Part shown: positions 1 through 12,710 of the stretch, in pieces | Position numbering within the stretch: position 1 is the first letter of the stretch | Layout of the letters: each line of letters starts with the position of its first letter | Origin: Podarcis vaucheri | Taxonomy: Eukaryota | Direction: 5' to 3' (one strand) | NCBI GenBank assembly: GCA_965113315.1 | Contig: OZ220371.1 | Length of the DNA: 64,000 nucleotides | Position numbers and translations under genes: made by a program | The notes under the pieces: model-generated | Told to the model about the DNA's origin: nothing | The model's input: only the letters and a program-made list of their open reading frames with translations | Databases searched by the model: none

Positions 1-1015
1 GAAAACTTTAATAAAGGTAATTTTAAAAGATCCAGGGGAAAACAGATGTGTTTGTTCATGTGTCTAGTTTGGATCGGTATTTGGGTTGTCGGAATGAGCA
101 ATCTTTTGCCCTTTTTTTTTAAAAAAAGTCCCACCAGTTAGATCTTCATATAACAGAGGTGTGCAGGAGCTCATCACAGATAGCCATGCCTCTGCTGTGG
201 CTGTGAGAAACAAAAAAGGCATTTCTTTAAAAAAGACACCCCCCCCAATCTATGAAATTCTAGGAATTCTGTGTAAAAGAGAGTGTGGGTGGCCCTAGCT
301 ACTTCTTCACTTGGTCCTGCCCACTGCTGTCATGCGGCCCCTAGAAGGCTAGCATCAAAGTAATGTGGTCCTTGGACTGAAAAATGTAAACCCACTAATC
401 AGTTCTAGGTACAGGAACACCAGCAAAGAGCAAGGCAAAAGTTGGCAGTAACAACTGATTGCTGCTTATACAGCTTCTTTAAAATAATTTTTTGATAAGC
501 CACAGTTGCCCTCTATTCTAAGGCTGAGTGGTGTTTCTCTTGCATTGCTTATCTCTGCTTCTTTTCCCTTGTAAAGGCAACGCAATTCATTTCTGTAGAA
601 TCACCTTCCCAGCCCTGTGAAAACTCCCCTCTTCCCCTGACGGATACTCTCCTTCTCTGAGACCCTCCTTCACGAAAACAGAAAAAATGTCACCCTGGCA
701 GTGAGAAATCTTTATCAGCGCTCATCTTCTCAAGGTCAGGACATCAAATTTGTAGCCTAAGATGCAGAACCTCGTTACACTGAACACCCACATACAGTTC
801 TGTCTAGCGGGTAAATCGTCATACATGTGACACTATGTATAATACAAAAATTAGCCCCCACACCCCTGTTTTGGCCAGTGGTGATCATTATGCAACAATT
901 GTTTTGCCTCCATTTAGATTTTAGAAAGATTGTTTTACTGATAGCAGGATTTGAACTTCCAACATACGGTAACTCTTCAGTAGCCCTGTGAATTTCAGGC
1001 TTCACCCCCTTCCAT

Positions 1016-1259
1016 TTATTCAGTGACAGGTGTACATGGCCTTATTTTACTCCCAGAAAGAGCCAGTTCCTGGTATTTTTCTACCACCTCTGGGTAGATG
1101 GGGCTGCTGTTCTTCAGGGCAAACTTGACAGCTGCCTCCTGGTAATGGGGTTGGAGGTTTGGACAAGGGTGATCCCAGCAGTCCCTAGAAGCAGGTGTGA
1201 CAGGCCGCAGTTGGACGCAAAGCGAGGCTGGGCTTTTCCCTGGAAGCAGGCGCTTGTAT
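1016..1259 (-). CDS. TEX52: TEX52 last coding exon
   Basis: Acceptor ttttgtacag|A at 1260. Phase 2 join with the upstream exon gives R-YKRLLPG...PCPNLQPHYQEAAVKFAL, matching the TEX52 C-terminus (PCPNPLPHYQE). Stop at 1016. Confidence 0.85.
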
Positions 1260-2298
1260 CTGTACAAAATTAAGAAAGCAACATAAATGATCATGCTTAT
1301 GTGGAAGATTTTGAGGACTTGAAATGTATAAACAGTGCATGATTTCACTTTGATGATGGGCATTGAAGCTCAAAAGAAAAGAAAAGAAGACCTTAGGGTG
1401 GGTCTACACACCAGGGGGCGGGGCGGGGCGGGGCGGAAGCTATTAATAAGTCAGAAATCATTATAACAAAAGGGGGGAAATGCTATGGAAAATTGCATTG
1501 ATTTTTTTTAAAAAACTCTCCAGCGCCATCTGGTGTTGCATGTTTGTAACACATTCAAAACGCTCTATTTTTCTTTTTTTTTTACTAATGTAGCTGAGTC
1601 CTTGTGTGTTTGAGGCTGAGGTGAAATTTGAATTGGGGATTTCATATTAAGTAGAAGGTAATATTCTTGTTATTTCTAAGGGGCATTTCCTGCTTAGCTA
1701 GTTTTCCAGAAATGTGTGGATTTTGTGAGACTGCAGCTTAGTTGGGGATGAAAAAAAAAGAAAGATGATGCCATGCGGGTGTTCTGGGAGTTGCTTGCCG
1801 GTGGGGGCAAAGCCACAGCAATAGCCCTCTAGCAGTGGTGCCTCTGCCACTAACCAGGATGGACATGGGCTTGGGGCTCTGTGGGAGCACAGAATTGACT
1901 CCACACTTGTGCATCATAGTATAGTTCAAAATTATTCAGAGTGTCATCGAGTCCAAGCCCCTGCCATTCAGGAATCTCAACGAAAACATCCCTGGCAGAT
2001 GCCCACCCAGTCTCTGCTTGAAAACCTCCAAGGAAGGAGAGTCCACCACTTTCTGGGGGATTCAGCACCTCCCAAAACAGTAAGTGAACTAAATGGCAGC
2101 TATCCTTTGAACTTTGCACTTTCCAAGTTCTGCAGTGCTGTTCTCTAATTTAAAAAAAATGTATACAGCAATATATTTTAGGAAATGTACATAAAAAGGT
2201 ACTTGTGTGAAAATAACATACAAAAATGCACATTATGCCTGTCCCAATATGCATATTAGGAGAAATGTGCCCTAAAAAACTCACTATATATATATATA

Positions 2299-2760
2299 TA
2301 GGTAGCCGTGTTGGTCTGCCATAGTCAAAATAAAAAAATTCCTTCCAGTAGCACCTTAAAGACCAACTAAGTTAGTTCTTGGTATGAGCTTTTGTGTGCA
2401 TGCACACTTCTTCAGATACACTGAAACAGAAGTTGCCAGATCCTTCTATGTAGTGAGAAGGTGGGGAGGGGTATTACTCAGAAGGGTGGTGGGAATGGGA
2501 GATTGGCAGATAGCTGAGATGAGCCTGTTGACGACTCTTAACGACTGTAATAGGTCTTACAGGAAAAGGCAAGGGGTGAGAAGGTGAGAAATGGCTTAGT
2601 CATGTATAATGAGATAAGAATCCAATGTCTCTGTTCAGACCAGGTCTCACTATATAGAAGGGTCTGGCAACTTCTGTTTCAGTGTATCTGAAGAAGTGTG
2701 CATGCACACGAAAGCTCATACCAAGAACTAACTTAGTTGGTCTTTAAGGTGCTACTGGAG
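2299..2760. mobile_element. Penelope-like element remnant with inverted pLTR arms and hammerhead motif
   Basis: About 2346-2445 is the reverse complement of about 2657-2758. Flanked by (TA)n on both sides. The arms contain CTGAAGA...GAAA. The same family occurs at about 11.3-11.5 kb and 36.0-36.5 kb. Confidence 0.7.
2684..2721 (+). ncRNA. Minimal type I hammerhead ribozyme
   Basis: GTAT-CTGAAGA-A-GTGTGCATGCACAC-GAAA-GCTC-ATAC: both conserved core boxes, a self-complementary helix II, helix I GTAT/ATAC, and a CUC cleavage triplet. Confidence 0.75.
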
Positions 2761-2789
2761 GGATATATATATATATATATATAATATAA

Positions 2790-3600
2790 AATTTTTATTA
2801 AACATTTCCTTGTTTATAAAAGCTCTTTCTTCAGGTTGTGTTTTCTACAGATCAGTTACATTTGTTGTGAGGCATTGGTGTTATATGCAGCATAGGGTTG
2901 GGAAGAAAAGGGGGGGACAGGAGAGAGGGGGTGGTGTGGTGAAGCTTATATTCTTTTACTTAGTATATGGGGGGGGGGTTGTGTCAGCGTCACTTGGGTA
3001 GGTTCTCTTTCTCTTCGCTTGTTAGGTTTCCTTGGTGAGAGAGGTTGTGGTGGCCTAGGGTGTTGGGTCTTTGGTTGGCTGCAGTGAGATTTGTTTGTGC
3101 ATGGGGGGGTGGGCTGTTGGGTCAAGTTAGCCATAATGAATCGTATGCTGTCGGTGGGTTCATGTTGTTGTCTTGTTGGGCTGTGTATCTGATAAAGGGG
3201 AGCCATACCAGAGTGAAGGAGTCCTATTTCTCCCCATGCCAGTTTCAGTCTATAGGTTCGTAAGGCTGTTCCCCATACTACTTGATACCAGTGTTCCATG
3301 TTTATCCCTCCAGTGTCTAGCTATGAGGATTCTGGCTACTGAGAGTAGGTGGGGTATGAGCTCCAGGTCCCAGAGCTTTGTTGGGGTGCTTTCGGTCCTG
3401 GTGGGATCGAGATCATCGGACGGCGGTGGTGGGGACTCCATGTGGCCTCTTCGCTTGTCATTTTGGACTCCCCTTTGATGGTGGCGGTGATGGCAGCGCG
3501 GGCACCAGACAGGCAACTTGGTTGGTTCTGGTGGTCCCTAGGAGTTTGGTGTGGCCGTTGTGCTCGCCATCTTGCCTCGCCCAAGGCAGCATCACTCACA
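2790..3600 (-). mobile_element. L1/Tx1-type LINE 3' fragment
   Basis: Degenerate ORF2 C-terminus (HMxW-type zinc-finger region, LLSVARILIARHW, WYQVVW) with an A-rich end. Boundaries approximate. Confidence 0.6.
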
Positions 3601-3704
3601 ATTTTTTTAAAAAATAAATCTTTTTAAAATTGTAAACTGATGTGGAAATGTGGCAAATTGAATTTAAGATTGGAAAAAACTGAAACTGGTGGTTTTGCCT
3701 ATCC

Positions 3705-4037
3705 GGGTGGCGCTGTAGGTTAAACCACAGAGCCTAGGACTTGCTGATCAGAAGGTCGGTGGTTTGAATCCCTGTGACGGGGTGAGCTCCCGTTGCTCGG
3801 TCCCTGCTCCTGCCAACCTAGCAGTTCGAAAGCACGTCAAAGTGCAAGTAGATAAATAGGTACCACTCCGGTGGGAAGGTAAACAGTTTTTCCATGCGCT
3901 GCTCTGGTTCGCCACATGACCCGGAAGCTGTACGCCAGCTCCCTTGGCCAATAAAGCAAGATGAGTGCTGCAACCCCAGAGTTGGCCACGACTGGACCTA
4001 ATGGTCAGGGGTCCCTTTACCTTTACCCATAGGGATA
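3705..4037 (+). mobile_element. Sauria SINE
   Basis: gggtggcgctgt...ttaaaccacagagcctagg...ccctttaccttta; 16-bp TSD gtggttttgcctatcc at 3689 and 4038. Confidence 0.85.
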
Positions 4038-4254
4038 GTGGTTTTGCCTATCCCACCTCAGGAGTGATACCTTACCTCTTCCTAATTATATGGGAAAAGA
4101 CCCACAGAGTCGCCCCCACCCATATGACAGTATTATCGCAGCACCTAGCCGTATAGGATCCAGTCAAGGAAAAGCTGCTCTCATGTGGTTGGGGCTTCAT
4201 CTAAAGGGCACCTGGAACAGTTGGTAGAACAAAGTGTTGAGGAGTATATCTTAC

Positions 4255-4772
4255 CGAATGAAACCTTTCGGAGGCATAATATTTCCTTCAACGTCCAAAG
4301 GAGGAGCTCGGCACTCACTCCTCAGTTTGAGTTGATCACATCGTTTCATTTCATTCTTTGTTCGGGTCAGAACTCTCTCTTTATGTCTCCGATCCACAAA
4401 CAGTGCGTCCCCTTCAATGAACTTAACGTAGGTGTTCCCATCCAACTGCGAAGGAGGTGGGACTGGTGGCACAGCCATGAATCCTTTCCTGGGAGCAGTG
4501 ATCCATCGCCAGGTGTTGCTATCAAAAGGCTTATCCGGTCTTGGGCGATAGATTGCTGGCAACCTCCCTACATCCAGCCATGTATGGTATCCCCAGACGT
4601 GCCATAGGCTATCCTCTTCCACTGGGCAGCGTATTTTGTGGCTGACACTTATTTTGGCATCTGTGTGGGGTGGTCTTTCAACAGCCAGTTTATGGTAGGG
4701 TCTTGGAGAAAACCCTGGCCATGACACATATTTGTCTGCACAGAGGAAGTGCCTCTCTTTCCATGTGGTCAT
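4255..4772 (-). CDS. TEX52: TEX52 main coding exon
   Basis: Motifs WPGFSPRPYHKLA, WGYHTWLDVGRLPA, PDKPFDSNTWRW and LKLRSECRAPPLDVEGNIMPP match TEX52. Donor CG|gtaag at 4254; acceptor ttcaag immediately before 4772, so an upstream exon is possible. Same position next to FOXM1 as in mammals. Confidence 0.88.
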
Positions 4773-7700
4773 CTTGAACAGGAATTCAGATTAACCCTAG
4801 GCAGGGGGAAAGAAGGCCGTTCAGAGACATCAGAAGCCCCAGTATTGGCCTACAAGATGATGCCCTGCTGCAATACCCAGATTCAGTTTGTTGAAGATCC
4901 TAAGGCATAAGAAATGTAAAATACCCATCGTAACATAGTCCTACCTATGGAATCCTGCTTCCACATGTCCCAGTCCCATGTTCTCTTCCTTCAATCCTTG
5001 GCAACCATATAAGACAACAGTTGCAGCTAACAAGGAGATCTACGATTTAGGAATCCTTTACAAGAAAAACACTTTGCTACCCTTTCCTGCATTTCATTTG
5101 CTGTCTCCCCAACAGTCAATGTTCAGATTGTAAGCTCTAGGGAGCAGGAGTCTAGCGTTTTTCATTTATGACTCTGTTTAGTGCTGTCACAAAATGCATC
5201 TGCTCCTGGTGAGTGTTCTCTCTCCTCAACAAAGATGAAGTGTGTGTGATCATTTACTGTGCATAGGCCAAGAAACCGAGAATAAGGCATCCCATAAAAT
5301 GGGGAACAGCTGCTTCCTCTGCCTCCTTGTCTATTTTCCAGTTGCGATTCTGTGAAGAGCACAGAGAGATGAGCAGGAAGGCTGCACAGATAGCAAGCTA
5401 TTTGATAATAATCTCAGCCACAATATTTACATTTTTTTAAAAGAGTTTAATGAAGAGGCTAACTATTACAATGCTGACAGAGAAAGATGAAGAAAAGTTT
5501 AAACATATCTCTAACTCATTATGGAGCTGCAGGAATAGTGCAGACATTAAGAGGAACGGAAGCTGAGGAGTTACCAGCCACTGTGCATGCTCACCACGAA
5601 TGATGGAAAATGTGCACCTCATTATTCTACAAAGAGGGACTTGTGCAAATTTCCCAGTCGGTATACAGAATCCAGGGGCAAAACTAGGCTTTATTTCACC
5701 CGGGTTAAAGATCCAATCTGGCACCTTCCCACATGCAATTGAGTCCACACACAGAGTGGGAAGCCTCTGGAGGCTTCGCCTGGGGCAAAGAACCTGGCTA
5801 TCACCCCGGTAGTTGCAGCACTGCATAATCTCCAACAGGCTTTGGAAAATGTGCACATGTTGACTGAATTTTGTACATTCCTGACCATTCTGATCCCCAG
5901 CAGGTTTTGGGGAATGTGCATTTCCTTCACTTTGTCCCTGCCAAGGACACATAATAAGGCTTGTCATACCTTACAGTGGCAAACTCGCTGTCCTTCCCAC
6001 AGCAGGAACGCAGAGCAAAAGAGGCACATGAACTGCCACCTGAGACTCCTGTATATCTTGGAACATAACATTTCCAGAGAGATATCAAAGCAAGTATTGT
6101 GTCACCTTGAAGACTAAGCAATTCATTATGGCCATAGCTTTCCTGGATTCAATCCCATGTCATCAGCAGTTGAGAGGTATATAAAGAAGTCGAGAGAAAA
6201 CATTTAAGTGATAATCAGAGCTTAAATATATGCTAAAAAGGCACATCTTTCACTGTACCAGATTGGTGATAATTTACTCAGCATTACTAAAATGATTATA
6301 TTAACAGAGAACCATTCAAAAGGAACATTGGCAGCAGATTTATCCTGGAATTGGTCAGCTCATTAGCATGTGCAGTGTGGTGAAAATGATGGAAAGGCTT
6401 TGTCTCTAACTCTTGTCAGGCAGGGGTGGCAACTTGAATAAAATATTGCGGGGGGGGGGCAGGTAAGCTCCACCCTGCAGAATTGGTGACATGACATGGC
6501 AGACACACACCATTTTTATGGCAATGCACATCAACTGGGGGGGGGGGCTGGCTCCCTCAAATATTAGCTCCTATGGGGACAGCACTGAACTTTTTGGTGA
6601 ATTGAAATTCATCTGTTTCATGTTGTAATCTTCCTTTGAATGGTCACCTTAAGGTCAGTTACGGAAGATCCCAATAGGCTGAATTGTTCTCCCACTGATT
6701 TATGGTTATTGCCATTTTTTATTTCACATTTGTTCATTTATTCTTTTGTACGGAAACTGACCAGTTGCCCTGAGTACAATTGTAGAATGCAGTAGAATGC
6801 ATTGTACATTGAATCTGTGTAGAATGCAGAAGGGAATTGGTGGCAGATGATGGGATAAATGATACTGGAAGATGAGCAGGTGATTTCGATTGGTTTTATA
6901 CCATGGTCTTCCCCCCAAATAACTGTAGTTTAGTGAGGGTGCTGAGAACATTCACCTTGAGATTCTTTGCTCTCTTTCCCAAGTCTCCCTGGGAAGATGA
7001 AGTGTCTGGAATACACCAGTTTAAGTCTATGCTGAATGTGACCAAATTACTGAGCTCCTCAGGCAGATGTTCCCTATGCTATGCTGCCATTGAGATGGGA
7101 AAAATCACATTTGCCCCTGGAGAAGATGCCGGGGATTTGCTTGCCTTTATTCTTCCTAAGGGCTCCTTTTCCTTCTGTCTGCAGCTGTGTTCTATTCCAT
7201 TGTGTGCTTTGATGTTTCCAAGCTGGCTTCCTGGCTCACACATGCGTGATAAATTCCCACAGCAACTAGTTGTGATGTCATGTGCCAGGAACTGTGACTT
7301 CAGGCAAAGTTTGAAGGTGACGGTGGCATATAGAAGGAAATTAAGAAAACAACCCAGGCTCTTGATGAACAGCTTCTGCTTCTGAATGAATGGCTTGGTG
7401 ATCCTAAAATCCTCATAGGAATTGTTGAGAAAAATCCATAGGAAGGAAAATCAATCTCTAAGAATAGAGGAATGGGGACACCAATTCACAAAGGCTAATG
7501 CTGGCCCCTTGCAGACTCATGAAAGATGCTAAGGAAACACACTGCTCAGAATCACACTTTCTACTCTGGCTTTATTGCATAGGTTGTTAGAAGAAACACA
7601 AACACAGAATGTGGCTGAAGTACTTCTATGCAGGGGTTATTGATTCATTTATTTTTTAAGGCCAGACAAATCACATTTCACACAATTGCTTTCATTTCTT

Positions 7701-8703
7701 TTCACCCATATGATATAAGAGAAGGGAAACAAGGTTTTAAAATGTGTGCTTGAAGTTTGATCTCCTGCTTAAAAGTGCTCCCTTTCCCCAAATGAAGATT
7801 ACGGGATCAGTTTTTGAAGCACTTCCCCATTTCTCTAATTGCTGAAGGTTACATCAAGTGCTCAAGTTGGGAAGCTAAGTGGTGCCTGGGTTGGATCTGG
7901 TTTGGCTCTCCAGATGTTGCTGGACCCCCATCACCCCTCACTTTTGGCCCTGCTGGGGCTGATGAAAGCTGGGTCCAACAACAGTCAGAGAGCCCCACTT
8001 TAGCCAACCATTCTAAAACTTTGAATAGCATGTCCCCATAAAGGAAGCAGCATCTGACCTGGTTTGACTACAGTGGCAGGCATTCCTACCTGGTAGTGGC
8101 CATGTTTTTTCCAACCCTGCTTGCACGAATCACTACTCGGAAGTGGTACCTGTCAGTGTGGCTGTGCTAGATTAGAAGTTACTTTTGCCCTACTGGGAGG
8201 ATTTTAGAGCATCTAAGCCGCGCCACTGCTCTGCTGGGCATTTAAGCACCAGGTGTTTCAGGAAAAGTGACACCAGCAGCGACAGTGAGATTTAAAACGC
8301 AGCAGCTCCAAATCCCACCCAAGCATATTTAAAGGTTGTCTCTATGGCAATCAAAATCTCCCTTTTTTGATTGATTGGAGACATTTCAATCTGCTGGTGT
8401 ATGAATTCTGAATAGGTTTGCCAATGTATTCTTTTCCTGGCCCTACTCCTGGTCCTTTAACAGGAGCCTGGAATAAAAAGTTGCGCAGCTAAAGCTTTCT
8501 CTTCATATGGACATAGAAATGGGAAATGCTTTGGCTGCTAAATTCCTTCATGCTAGGTTCCTATTAAAGGCACAAAACAAAGAATAGTTATTTGTTGTAG
8601 TTATTTCCATAAGTGGAAATAAGTGACCTAAGGCTACATAGGATTTCAGAGCACTTGCATTTAATGTGTAGTGTAACAGAAAACGTTTGGCAGATTCATC
8701 TCT

Positions 8704-8709
8704 TTTATT
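8704..8709 (-). terminator. Probable FOXM1 polyadenylation signal AATAAA
   Basis: AATAAA on the minus strand about 430 nt downstream of the FOXM1 stop codon. Confidence 0.45.
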
Positions 8710-9133
8710 TACAAACAGAACCAGCTGATGTTCCCTCTGCAGTTATTAAACATATTAAACATACAAGAATCTCATCTTCTTTTGCATTTAGTCACCATCT
8801 TTATACTTTAAAAGGCACTAAAATAGACAAATATATACAAAGGCCAACATATGTACATTAGATGCTCTATCAAATAGGAGGGCTATTAAAAGGGATTTTC
8901 ACTATATTTTGTAAGTAACAGACTTAGATGTCATTGATTGTCCAGTGGATTGGCTCTGTCCAATCAATAGCAATATCCATTAGGACTCCAAGCAGCTTCT
9001 GGATCATTCTATGACCAGCTATATGATAGGATCATCCTAATGTGATAACAGCTTGGGAGTCAGTTAAAAAACAACCCACCAACTGCGTCCCTTGGTGGTT
9101 TGCACTAAACCAGAATCTATAAACAAAATGTGG

Positions 9134-10192
9134 TCATTTCCGTTCAGGAATTAACTGTGACCAACTGAGATCAGTACCCAAGTTGTCATCCTCAAGGCCA
9201 GAAAAACTGACATCTAGTAGGATTTTGCTCAAACTGTCATTCATGGTGTCCAGGACTAGGCCTTCCAAGAATGAATGGTTTTCAGGAAGAGCAGAGGCCT
9301 GAAGCTCTGGTGACGACTGTTTGCTGGTTGCAGGAGAGCTGGTCAAGGGCCCAGAGACCATGTCATTGGTTTCTGCATTTAGGAGTGGCAGCTGTGGAGC
9401 ATCACATAACGATGGCCTTAAGGGAGTGCTGCCAAGTCCCAGGATGTCCAAGTTCCCCTGAAGGGATATTAATGAGGTTGGAGGGGTTCTCACAGGACTG
9501 CAAAGCAGACCACTAGTTTCCTTGACAAAAGGTGCCAATCTCCAGGGGTCAGTAGTTGCCAGGAATGGTGCTGGCGTGGTTATGGGGGCTTTACTAGGTA
9601 CGGAAGAAATGGGCAGCTTGCAGAACATCTCTTTTATTGCAGATTTAAAAGGAATGACTTCTCCCTGAGAAGATGTACTTTCCAGAGGATGCGTATCCGT
9701 TGCAAAGGGAGGGTCATTTCCCACCGTGCATGACTCTGACCTACTGGTGGGTTGCAGGAGGAGGACTGGTTCTTCAGAGGAAGGCAGGGCTAAGTGCTGT
9801 TTCCTTCTGGATCTGCCCATTACTTGCCTCTCTTGTCTCTTTATAACCAGTGTGTCCAACTTGCTCCGGGATGGTGACTTGAGAGCTGTAAATGGTCTCT
9901 TCTGCTTTGCAGGTGGGGCTGGAAGGACTATGTCTGGTGGTTCACCCAGTTGCTCTGGCTCTGCCTTTGTAGACGCTGTGGGGAGGAACTGAGGGGCCCA
10001 TGTGTTGGAATGAAAGTTGTCACTCTCCTCTTTTATATGCAGGGCTGGGGCGAATGATTCTTTGCTGATCCAACAGGCGTCCTGCTTTATGGACTGCTGG
10101 GATGTAAATGGAGATAGCTCTCCGTCACAAGTCTCCTCCTTGATGGGGATGGGAGCTGGGAGCAGGGTTGCCTCTTCACTGGACAGCAACAC
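9134..10192 (-). CDS. FOXM1: FOXM1 last coding exon (transactivation domain)
   Basis: Acceptor tattgcag|GTG. Contains RSRRKQHL and EGLVLDTMNDSLSKILLDVSFSGL...SWSQLIPE; TGA at 9134. Confidence 0.95.
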   Translation of the reverse strand: MLLSSEEATLLPAPIPIKEETCDGELSPFTSQQSIKQDACWISKESFAPALHIKEESDNFHSNTWAPQFLPTASTKAEPEQLGEPPDIVLPAPPAKQKRPFTALKSPSRSKLDTLVIKRQERQVMGRSRRKQHLALPSSEEPVLLLQPTSRSESCTVGNDPPFATDTHPLESTSSQGEVIPFKSAIKEMFCKLPISSVPSKAPITTPAPFLATTDPWRLAPFVKETSGLLCSPVRTPPTSLISLQGNLDILGLGSTPLRPSLCDAPQLPLLNAETNDMVSGPLTSSPATSKQSSPELQASALPENHSFLEGLVLDTMNDSLSKILLDVSFSGLEDDNLGTDLSWSQLIPERK

Positions 10193-11292
10193 CTGCAATA
10201 GGAAGACAGAATGAGAGACAGTAAAGTATATTTGACAGCAAGATATTGGTAAAAAAAAAAAACCTCACAAATCAAGGAAATAACAGAAAAGCTAAGGACA
10301 TTACAGTAAGATACAGATGTGCATGTATGTGTGTCTTGATGGGTGCTCTGCTTTAACCATTTGTAACAAGCTTTCCACAAATGTTCACTGAGGAGAAATC
10401 GTTTCCTGGCAATTGATAATATGAAGATGAGGGCAAAGCAATAGGTTGCTCTGTCTCTCTTAGTATTGGGGAGCAGTGTCACTCTCATCCCCTGAAACAC
10501 TCCAGTACTTGGGGGACGACATGCCAGAGGCAGGTATAGCCAAAAGGTCCAACAACATCTGGAGGGTCAAATCTTCCCTGTCCCTCGGTTACACAAGCAG
10601 CACACCTTCAACAGGATCAGCTGTGAAAGAAATGCTGCCTTTTACCCCCAAGTCCAATCAGCCCTCGTGGGCAGCTGGTAACTGGAAGCTAGTCAGCTCC
10701 TTATTTAAAGCTCTCTGAATCCTGTAGGACTTGTTCAGAGCACTGTGGAACTCCCTCCTCAGACAGGTTCCATTTTAACCCTTTAGGCCCCAAAATTCAT
10801 CCTTTTCTTTCAAGCTTTTAATCGTATTTTGGATCCCTATATGCTGGCTTTAGGTTTTCAATCCTATCTGGGAGTAAGTCCCCTGAACCCAATGGGATTG
10901 CCTTTTGAGTAGATAATGTATACGGTTGTGCAGTAAATGTATTTTATTTTTTATTCGTTACTAATTAAATTTGTACATCACCTTTCATCCAAAGATCCCG
11001 GGGTGGTTCACAACAGAAAAATACAAAACGGGAATGCAAAATACAACTTGTCTTTTTTGCTCCTCTTCTTCTACTGGTGTATACTGGTAATTAATTTGTT
11101 TTGTAAGCTGCTTTGAGAGCTTTTAAAACCATTTAAATAATTTCATAATTTTGGAGGGCTTCTTTATGGGTCATTAATGTATTGCTTTTATTTTCTGCTA
11201 TGCCTTTTTGGTTCTCAATCTTTTTTAGGTTGCTTAAAGATGTGATGTATAGTATACAATAAGTGACGCATACATCTGATGATGATAGTTAC

Positions 11293-11500
11293 AGGTAGGT
11301 AGCCGTGTTGGTCTGCCATAGACTACGGCAGACCAACACGGCTATCTACCTGCAACTAGAACTATGGAAGCCACCACATTGAGCCGCATGAAATGGAAGT
11401 CCATCAACAAGCTATCTGAAGAAGTGTGCATGCACACAAAAGCTCATACCAATAACAAACTTAGTTGGTCTCTAAGGTGCTACTGGAAGGATTTTTTTTT
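11293..11500. mobile_element. Penelope-like remnant with fold-back and decayed hammerhead
   Basis: Hairpin aggtaggtagccgtgttggtctgcc...ggcagaccaacacggctatctacct at 11293-11350. The motif ctgaagaagtgtgcatgcacac-AAAA-gctcatac at about 11416-11449 has GAAA mutated. Confidence 0.65.
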
Positions 11501-11735
11501 TATTTTATATGATGATGATGATAATGATGATAGTGTCTTGGGTGATTGTGGCGATTATACCCAATGAGTGCAATATCCTTTACAAAACAGCACTATCAAA
11601 TCAAGGCCTCAGTACAAATGTGGAATGAGGGGAACCACTCTGGAAGTGGGAAATGCCTGCCCCGACAGCCAGGCTGCAAATTTATTCTCATTCTCAGGCA
11701 CAAGCATGGAGTTGGGTACTGATACACAGTCTGAC

Positions 11736-11905
11736 CTTTGGAGCAATGCACACGGGTTTGCTGCTCTGCATGGTCTCTGAGACACCCTGGGATGCAGGAA
11801 GAGGCATCTTTGAAGAAGGTTGAAGGATGACGGACTGACTCAAAGGAAAGTGAATTGGAACTAGGTAGGAGTTGACACGTGGCAGCAAGGGCTTCATTTT
11901 TCGGC
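11736..11905 (-). CDS. FOXM1: FOXM1 coding exon 7
   Basis: RKMKPLLPRVNSYLVPIHFP...IAPK; AG/GT boundaries, phases consistent. Confidence 0.93.
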
Positions 11906-12152
11906 CTAGGAAGGAAAAAAGAGGTCTTAGCCCAGGATCTATCAAAGGTACTTCCTCAATTTTAATTGATCAGCCACCAGAGCCTTCCCAGTTTTGTACT
12001 GGGAAATCTCTGCTTTCATCTCAGTTGCATCAGTGTCCTCCTTCGATTCAAAACTGCACACAAGAGTAATTCCTTGCTGCTTTTCTGGGAATGGAAGCAC
12101 TAGACTGACTATTGTGAGTATTCTACTGACAGCTTGTTCTGGCTTGGGAAGT

Positions 12153-12710
12153 ACCGTATTTTTCGCTCTATAGGACACACCGAACCACAAGACACACCTA
12201 GTTTTTAGAGGGGGAAATCAAGAGTTTCTCGGGGCTGCCGGGGAAGCCCGGGTCCCCCCCCCCAGCCCCAAAGAGCAAAGAAGCCAAGACAGTGAGCGGG
12301 ATCCATCCCGCTGGCTGTCTTGGCTTCTGCCATAGCCGGGCAACCTCTCCAGCCGGGAGCTAAACCTCTCCAGCGTGGCTAAAGAAGCGTGGCTAAAGAA
12401 GCCAAGGCAGGGAGCGCGATCCACCCCGCTCGCCGCCTTGGCTTCCTCTTTAGCCTTGCACAGCCTTTCCCGGCTGCAGAGGCTGCGCGCGGCTATGGCA
12501 ATTCCCCCACCTCCTGCAAAAGCCTACAGGAGCTGAGCACCCTTTAAGGAGCGCGCAGCTCCTGCGGGCTTTTCTACGAGGAGGGAGAAGGGACTGACTG
12601 GCCACGTCAGTCCCTTCTCCCTCCTGGGAAAAAGCCCGCAAGAGCCGCACAAAGCTTGGGGGCTTTTCCTGCCTGCCTCCCCCCCTTCGTTCGCTAGATC
12701 ACTAGCACCA
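12153..12710. mobile_element. GC-rich non-autonomous DNA transposon fragment (pogo/Tigger-like end)
   Basis: Starts ta-ccgtatttttcgctctataggacacaccg; CpG-rich interior with short internal repeats. Right end not resolved. Confidence 0.45.

Noticed and set aside
1767-2085. Plus-strand exon-like stretch ending in gtaagt, considered as NRIP2 or another gene
   Set aside because: In-frame stop upstream, wrong strand for NRIP2, and no recognisable similarity.
5437-6121. 176-aa and overlapping ORFs between TEX52 and FOXM1
   Set aside because: No recognisable homology or convincing splice pattern.
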